This document shows, piece after piece, positions 59,093 to 64,000 of a DNA stretch of 64,000 nucleotides; the first letter of the stretch is position 1; each line of letters starts with the position of its first letter. The stretch is taken from the IMG/VR virus record IMGVR_UViG_3300042197_003251, positions 17,018 to 81,017 of that record. One strand, 5' to 3'. Below the pieces are notes generated by a model. That model was not told the origin of the DNA. It worked only from the letters and a program-made list of their open reading frames with translations, and ran no database searches. The position numbers and the translations under genes were made by a program. The stretch is from a virus.

Positions 59093-59371
59093 TTATGGAG
59101 TTGGTGAGGGTGTTATTGTTGGTGTTATTGTTGGTGTCGGTGTGGGTGTTGGTAAAATATAATATCTAAAAGTTTCACATCCGTTTGCATCTATTATTTT
59201 AACTATTAATTGATTAACTCCAATTAAAATTTGTGGAATATTAATTGTTATTGGGTAAGTTGGACTTGTTTCGGTTTGCATAAAAACGCATTGATTGAGT
59301 CCAATATCACAAAAATATATGTCAAAAGGTGAGGTACCTGAAATTGAGTTTATTTGAATTTGGCATGCCAT
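59093..59371 (-). CDS. Small beta-sandwich protein with PT tail
   Basis: Paralog of 47727-47951; ends PTPTPTPTITP. Confidence 0.75.
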   Translation of the reverse strand: MACQIQINSISGTSPFDIYFCDIGLNQCVFMQTETSPTYPITINIPQILIGVNQLIVKIIDANGCETFRYYILPTPTPTPTITPTITPSPTP

Positions 59372-59383
59372 ATTGTATAAGTA

Positions 59384-60244
59384 TTACCAACAAACAATTA
59401 AAACTAACCCATCTCCTCCTTTTCCCCCAGCTCCTCCTGTTGTTCCCGCTCCTCCTCCACCGCCACCTGAACCAATTGCTCCGTCTCCACCTTTTCCTCC
59501 TACTCCCGTTCCATTTGAACCTCCTCCACCGCCACCTGATGTGGAAAAAGGTTGTGATATTAAAAATCCTCCTTCACCATCTCCACCACCGGCAGCTCCA
59601 CCATTAACTTGTGGGGTAACAGCAGTTGAGGTTATTGACCCTCCTGAAAACGCCGTATCGTTTGTTCCTACGCTGGCTCCACCGGCTCCTGAACTCAATA
59701 ATATGTTGCCGCTTGGTGAATAAGTTATTGTAACACCAACCGCCCCCGTTGAGGTTCCTCCGTTTCCTCCCGCTTGGTTTCCAACAAAACCAGTCACTCC
59801 CAATGCCGATGGTATTGTGTTAAATATTGAGTTGGCTGATGACCCAAGTCCCCCGGATACACCGTTTCCGGCATTTCCGCCAGATGCATATAAAATTCTG
59901 GCAACATTTGTCGCAGTACCCCTTGCTGACGTTATTATAGTATCCGCTCCGACAATACCATTCGTCCCTGACGAACCTCCAGTTCCTCCAAGTCCAACTG
60001 TTATTGTTAAATTATCACTTATGACTGCGGCGGGAATTAAAAGTCTTGATGTATTACCGCAAGCTCCCCCTCCACCTCCATTTCTATTTGTTCCTGAGGC
60101 TCCTGATGCTCCTCCTGCTCCTCCACCACCAGCTCCAATAGCGTGAATATAAACCATAGATATTCCTTTTGGTTTTTGCCAAACTCCTGACCTGTAAAAA
60201 AATTGGGTTCTGTAATCGTTATTTGTTAAATTATATAAATCCAT
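59384..60244 (-). CDS. Glycine-rich tail-fibre/receptor-binding-type protein, copy 1
   Basis: W.KP.G.SMV.I..IGAGGGG ... GG.GGDGLV.I.CW. Confidence 0.8.
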   Translation of the reverse strand: MDLYNLTNNDYRTQFFYRSGVWQKPKGISMVYIHAIGAGGGGAGGASGASGTNRNGGGGGACGNTSRLLIPAAVISDNLTITVGLGGTGGSSGTNGIVGADTIITSARGTATNVARILYASGGNAGNGVSGGLGSSANSIFNTIPSALGVTGFVGNQAGGNGGTSTGAVGVTITYSPSGNILLSSGAGGASVGTNDTAFSGGSITSTAVTPQVNGGAAGGGDGEGGFLISQPFSTSGGGGGGSNGTGVGGKGGDGAIGSGGGGGGAGTTGGAGGKGGDGLVLIVCW

Positions 60245-60245
60245 A

Positions 60246-61085
60246 TTACCAGCATGTTATTATTACTAATCCATCACCACCCTTACCACCTGTACCATTA
60301 TTAGACGCTCCTCCGATTGGTGTATATCCTGCTCCTCCACCACCACATCCTTTCCCTCCATTTCCTCCTGTCGCCATAGGTCTAACTGAAACTCCTCCCG
60401 AGCCCGTTCCTCCATACGAATAAAAAGGTGAAAAATTTGTATATCCGTCATTACCTATTTGACCTACATTCCCCCCTGGCAAATCAGGTAATATTCCTTC
60501 AATACCAACTATTGTTCCTCCACTTGAACTTTGTGACCCTCCTCCAGTTGAAGCATACAATACTATCGTTGACGCACTTACAAATGTATTTGCCCCAGCG
60601 GAACCTGTGACCGCAACTCCTCCAGTAACTCCATTAGTACAAGACATTATCCCTAAAGGAGACCTCCTCATAGATAAACTAGCACAACTTCCTCCAGCAC
60701 CACCAACATTAGAATCAAAACCTCTAAACCCTCCATTACCCCCTGTGGCGTGAACTAAAAATTCATTTGTGGCTCTATTATATGTTCCTACAGTGGAAGA
60801 ACTTCCATTAGAGCCACTATTACCGGGAGTTCCTCCGGCACCTCCCTTTCCAATCGTTACTTCTAAATCGTCGGGAACAAACACCGCAGGAACAATCATT
60901 CTTGTTATTGCTCCACTACCACCTCCTGAACCTCCTCTGTCAGGACTACCTGCACTTCCTCCTCCACCTCCTCCACCGGCTCCAATACAAATTATTTCTA
61001 TCATGCATATTCCTTCGGGTTTTTTCCAAGACCCGTTTTCTGTGAATATTTGAGTTTTATAGGTATTATCAGGTAAATTAAACAT
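60246..61085 (-). CDS. Glycine-rich tail-fibre/receptor-binding-type protein, copy 2
   Basis: Same N- and C-terminal motifs as the neighbours. Confidence 0.8.
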   Translation of the reverse strand: MFNLPDNTYKTQIFTENGSWKKPEGICMIEIICIGAGGGGGGGSAGSPDRGGSGGGSGAITRMIVPAVFVPDDLEVTIGKGGAGGTPGNSGSNGSSSTVGTYNRATNEFLVHATGGNGGFRGFDSNVGGAGGSCASLSMRRSPLGIMSCTNGVTGGVAVTGSAGANTFVSASTIVLYASTGGGSQSSSGGTIVGIEGILPDLPGGNVGQIGNDGYTNFSPFYSYGGTGSGGVSVRPMATGGNGGKGCGGGGAGYTPIGGASNNGTGGKGGDGLVIITCW

Positions 61086-61086
61086 A

Positions 61087-61992
61087 TTAAAAAGATATTA
61101 TTATTACTAATCCATCACCACCTCTTCCTCCATTTCCAGCAGTTCCAGGTGAAGTCCCTGTTCCTCCTCCACCTCCACCTGAACCTATTCTACCATTTCC
61201 TCCTGTTCCTCCGTTTCCTGAAAAAGCAACAGTACTTCCATTTCCCCCTCCACCGCTTCCTCCTTCAGATATAAATCCATCATAAAATATTCTAAAAATT
61301 CCCTCATTTCCGATATTACCGCCAAGAGCTCCTCCCTCAATCGTTGGGACAAAATTAGCAACCCCTGTAATCGCTCCTCCTGCACCTGCAGTATTAGATG
61401 TGTTACAACCTCCTCCTGATGCCCCTCCACTTGTTGTCGGTGAAGACGCACCTCCAAAACTAACCGCATTACCGACTCCAGTTGTTCCTCCGACGGTTCC
61501 ATTTTGACCCGCAGTTGTTGTTGATGTTCCTAAAATTGCTGATTTTTGATTAACCGCTGAAGATGTTGCCCCTCCAGTTCCAGCTGCCCCTGCAACACCT
61601 GCGGACGCACTTCCTCCACCTCCTCCGCCACCAGTTGACCTTGCAAATACAAAAGCACTACTACCATTTTTAATTGATTCAACGTATGAAATTCCTCCTG
61701 TACCTCCACTTGTTTGTGCGGCGCCTCCTTCACCTCCTAATCCAACTGTAACGTATAAAGTGTCAGGTATTACGTAAGCAGGCAAAATATTGTTAAAAAT
61801 TGCTCCGGCACCACCCCCACCACCTCCTCCTCCATTCTGTCCTGTGGTTCTTGTAAATCCTCCGCCTCCTCCACCTCCGGCTCCAAGGCATAGAATAAAA
61901 ACCATAGAAATACCAGGCGGTTTGGTCCATACGCCTGAGGTGTAAAAAACTTGAGTTCTGTAATCGTTATTTGCTAAATCAAATAAACTCAT
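61087..61992 (-). CDS. Glycine-rich tail-fibre/receptor-binding-type protein, copy 3
   Basis: Start moved to MSLFDLANNDYRTQ by comparison with paralogs. Confidence 0.8.
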   Translation of the reverse strand: MSLFDLANNDYRTQVFYTSGVWTKPPGISMVFILCLGAGGGGGGGFTRTTGQNGGGGGGGGAGAIFNNILPAYVIPDTLYVTVGLGGEGGAAQTSGGTGGISYVESIKNGSSAFVFARSTGGGGGGGSASAGVAGAAGTGGATSSAVNQKSAILGTSTTTAGQNGTVGGTTGVGNAVSFGGASSPTTSGGASGGGCNTSNTAGAGGAITGVANFVPTIEGGALGGNIGNEGIFRIFYDGFISEGGSGGGGNGSTVAFSGNGGTGGNGRIGSGGGGGGTGTSPGTAGNGGRGGDGLVIIISF

Positions 61993-61994
61993 AA

Positions 61995-62177
61995 TTAAGG
62001 TGTTGCCCAAGAAGGATATGGCGGGTTCGTATCACTTACACCATACCCATAATTATCAACAAGGTCTAAAGTATTGCCATCTAAATCTGTTAATCGTATA
62101 ACATATCCGTTTGATATTTCTTGGTAACCCTCTTCAACTGGAGAGCCATAATCAAATCTAATTTTATAGTAAATCAT
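61995..62177 (-). CDS. Small hypothetical protein
   Basis: 60-aa ORF, coupled to neighbours. Confidence 0.65.
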   Translation of the reverse strand: MIYYKIRFDYGSPVEEGYQEISNGYVIRLTDLDGNTLDLVDNYGYGVSDTNPPYPSWATP

Positions 62178-62605
62178 TAGTAGTCCCCTCCTATTACAGT
62201 TACTTTAAATCCCGCAGCAACAGCAGTGCCTAATGTGACATAAATAATGTATCCTGATGGTAATGCAAACCCTAAAGGTAATTCATAGTTAATTTGAGCC
62301 GCGACTTGTGATACTGTTGCTGTTGCTAATGTGATTTCATCCCAAAGAGTGTTGTTTGCCGCAGTTCCAGTTGATGAACCATTATTAATCCATATGCGTC
62401 CTACTGTCGCAACATTTGTTCCCAAATGTCTAAATCTTATTTTTTGAACATAACTTCCGTTAGTTCCTCCTGTAAAAACAGGATATATTGTACCTGATGT
62501 TAAATCAGTTGTTGTGTTCGCGGATTGAACAATCGCATTTGTTGCGGTTGCCCATTGGATGTCTCCTGCGACACTAAAAATTGGTGAAGTATTTGGTGTT
62601 GGCAT
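62177..62605 (-). CDS. Virion/tail-associated beta-sandwich protein
   Basis: MP.PNTSPIF...GSYVQKIR...RIWIN...EI.L...V.VIGGDY. Confidence 0.7.
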   Translation of the reverse strand: MPTPNTSPIFSVAGDIQWATATNAIVQSANTTTDLTSGTIYPVFTGGTNGSYVQKIRFRHLGTNVATVGRIWINNGSSTGTAANNTLWDEITLATATVSQVAAQINYELPLGFALPSGYIIYVTLGTAVAAGFKVTVIGGDY

Positions 62606-62624
62606 TTTTAATTATTTTTTTTTA

Positions 62625-63998
62625 TTATAAAAAGTTAAAATTATTTGCTGTAGTGTAAACAGTTCCGAGCCCTGTTCCACCACCTGTTGAATTTATTGTT
62701 ACATTTCCTGTTCCTCCTGTTGGTGAAATTGTTATGTTTGTTCCTGCAATTATTTGGGTAACTCCTCCACCTCCCCCTGTTCCCGCACTGAATACAAGTG
62801 TATTTGTTGCGGCCGAGGTTATTGTAATATTAATTCCGCTGAAATTTAAAAATGTTCCTGTATCAGCCGAAAACTGTGTATTATTATCTACTCTTACCGA
62901 TTGAAAACTACTTGGTAAGTTTTGATATGTTGCAGCTGAAAATGTATTGGCAGATATTCCTCCTTCAAAATTAACTTGGTTTGTAAATGTTGATGTTCCT
63001 GTGACCGACAATCCATCAATCACATTAAGTGGTGATAATACATTAACAGGTGAACATCCACTAATATTTGTCACGTAAAATGTTGTTACGCAATTTGCTG
63101 ATGAACTACCAGGTAAGTTTTGATATGTTGTTGCGGATATTGTTGTCGATGTTAATCCGCTAAAAAATGGAGTACTTGTGTTATACCAAACTGGAGTTGT
63201 GCCTGCACTATATTGTAATATGTCATATGCGGATGGATTGGTTATTCTTACATTATGTAATTCATTTAATTCCCAACCATTATTTATACTAACAAATACC
63301 TCTCCTTGAGTTGTACCTGTTCTAACAACATATCCAATTGCAACAATATGGTCGGGGGCTTGAGGTTGCGTTCCTGTAAATCCTCCAAGTGTTGTTGGTG
63401 AAAGGTAAAGATATGAACCTGGTGTTATACCTGTTAAATTAAAACCTCTAACATTACCAAATGTAGTTACAAATCCTTCATTACCAACATTAATTGTTTC
63501 AGCGACCACTCCAAGAGCTGTTGATGATGTTGTTTCCGCAGATGCGATTGCTCTTTGGATACTCGGCCTATTCCCCTGATTTCCAATAATTGCAACTACT
63601 TGTCCTTTTGTTAGGTTTACAGTATCACCATTATAACAGAAAACAACATTTTGTTGTCCTATCTGTAAATCTATATTTCCTCCTAAAAGGGTCGTTACTA
63701 GCCCACCCTCATCCGCAACATACCTTAATCTACTTACTGAACTTGCAGCAGTCCCTCCCGATAACAAATCAAAATCTATATAATCAATACTTGATAAAGT
63801 ATTCGCTGTAACTCCTGCGGTAAACACAGTGCCTCCAGTTACGGTTCCTCCACTTAATGGAAGATATTCTCCGCTAATTCCAGTAGTACCTGTAAAATTT
63901 ACCCCAAAGTTTGGATAAGTTCCATCAATTTGAATATTTGTACCCCCTGTTAATGTTACGGTTTGGTCAGGAGCGGTGTTAATTATTGTTGTTCCAAA
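62625..63998 (-). CDS. Tail fibre protein, 5'-partial (runs off the window)
   Basis: Frame open to the window edge (FGTTIINTAPDQ...YLPLSGGTVTG); ELNELHNV, VTQIIAGTNITISP, repeated SAxTYQNLP. Confidence 0.8.
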   Translation of the reverse strand, partial: FGTTIINTAPDQTVTLTGGTNIQIDGTYPNFGVNFTGTTGISGEYLPLSGGTVTGGTVFTAGVTANTLSSIDYIDFDLLSGGTAASSVSRLRYVADEGGLVTTLLGGNIDLQIGQQNVVFCYNGDTVNLTKGQVVAIIGNQGNRPSIQRAIASAETTSSTALGVVAETINVGNEGFVTTFGNVRGFNLTGITPGSYLYLSPTTLGGFTGTQPQAPDHIVAIGYVVRTGTTQGEVFVSINNGWELNELHNVRITNPSAYDILQYSAGTTPVWYNTSTPFFSGLTSTTISATTYQNLPGSSSANCVTTFYVTNISGCSPVNVLSPLNVIDGLSVTGTSTFTNQVNFEGGISANTFSAATYQNLPSSFQSVRVDNNTQFSADTGTFLNFSGINITITSAATNTLVFSAGTGGGGGVTQIIAGTNITISPTGGTGNVTINSTGGGTGLGTVYTTANNFNFL

Positions 63999-64000
63999 AT

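Noticed and set aside
59329-61053. Proline-rich plus-strand ORFs
   Set aside because: Reverse complement of GGA/GGT glycine codons in the real minus-strand genes
59384-61992. Diversity-generating retroelement acting on the Gly-rich genes
   Set aside because: No reverse transcriptase in the window and no near-identical repeat pair differing only at adenines
1-64000. Stop-codon reassignment (code 15 or 4)
   Set aside because: Conserved genes are intact in the standard code, and TAG/TGA end genes at expected positions
1-64000. Bacterial chromosome or eukaryotic giant virus origin
   Set aside because: Tail-fibre/baseplate genes, dense hypothetical ORFs, free-standing endonucleases, a bacterial sigma factor and intrinsic terminators point to a large bacteriophage

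Overview
AT-rich, gene-dense segment of a large (jumbo/huge) tailed dsDNA phage genome, read with the standard genetic code. The host is most likely Bacteroidota, because TAnnTTTG/TTG promoters recur and the sigma factor lacks region 1.1. The left and middle parts carry chaperones (dnaK, dnaJ), cell-wall enzymes, two DNA methyltransferases, thioredoxin/glutaredoxin, sigma-70, SbcC/SbcD, a Cas4-like exonuclease, primase, RuvC and at least six free-standing homing-type endonucleases. The right ~16 kb holds structural/adhesin genes. Five things stand out: (1) an ~850-nt highly structured, GOLLD-like non-coding RNA behind three tandem host-type promoters and a boxB/boxA-like leader; (2) a tRNA-fMet followed by an ~100-nt RNA with a predicted kissing-loop fold; (3) three unannotated ~50-aa ribbon-helix-helix genes, each overlapping the start of a homing endonuclease (two HNH, one LAGLIDADG); (4) a phage TATTTAT(A) promoter regulon whose proteins often share an N-terminal I/L-x-E leader; (5) two tiny GCGC(G)K peptides with their own promoter/terminator signals. 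All family calls come from motif recognition by eye, not from database searches.
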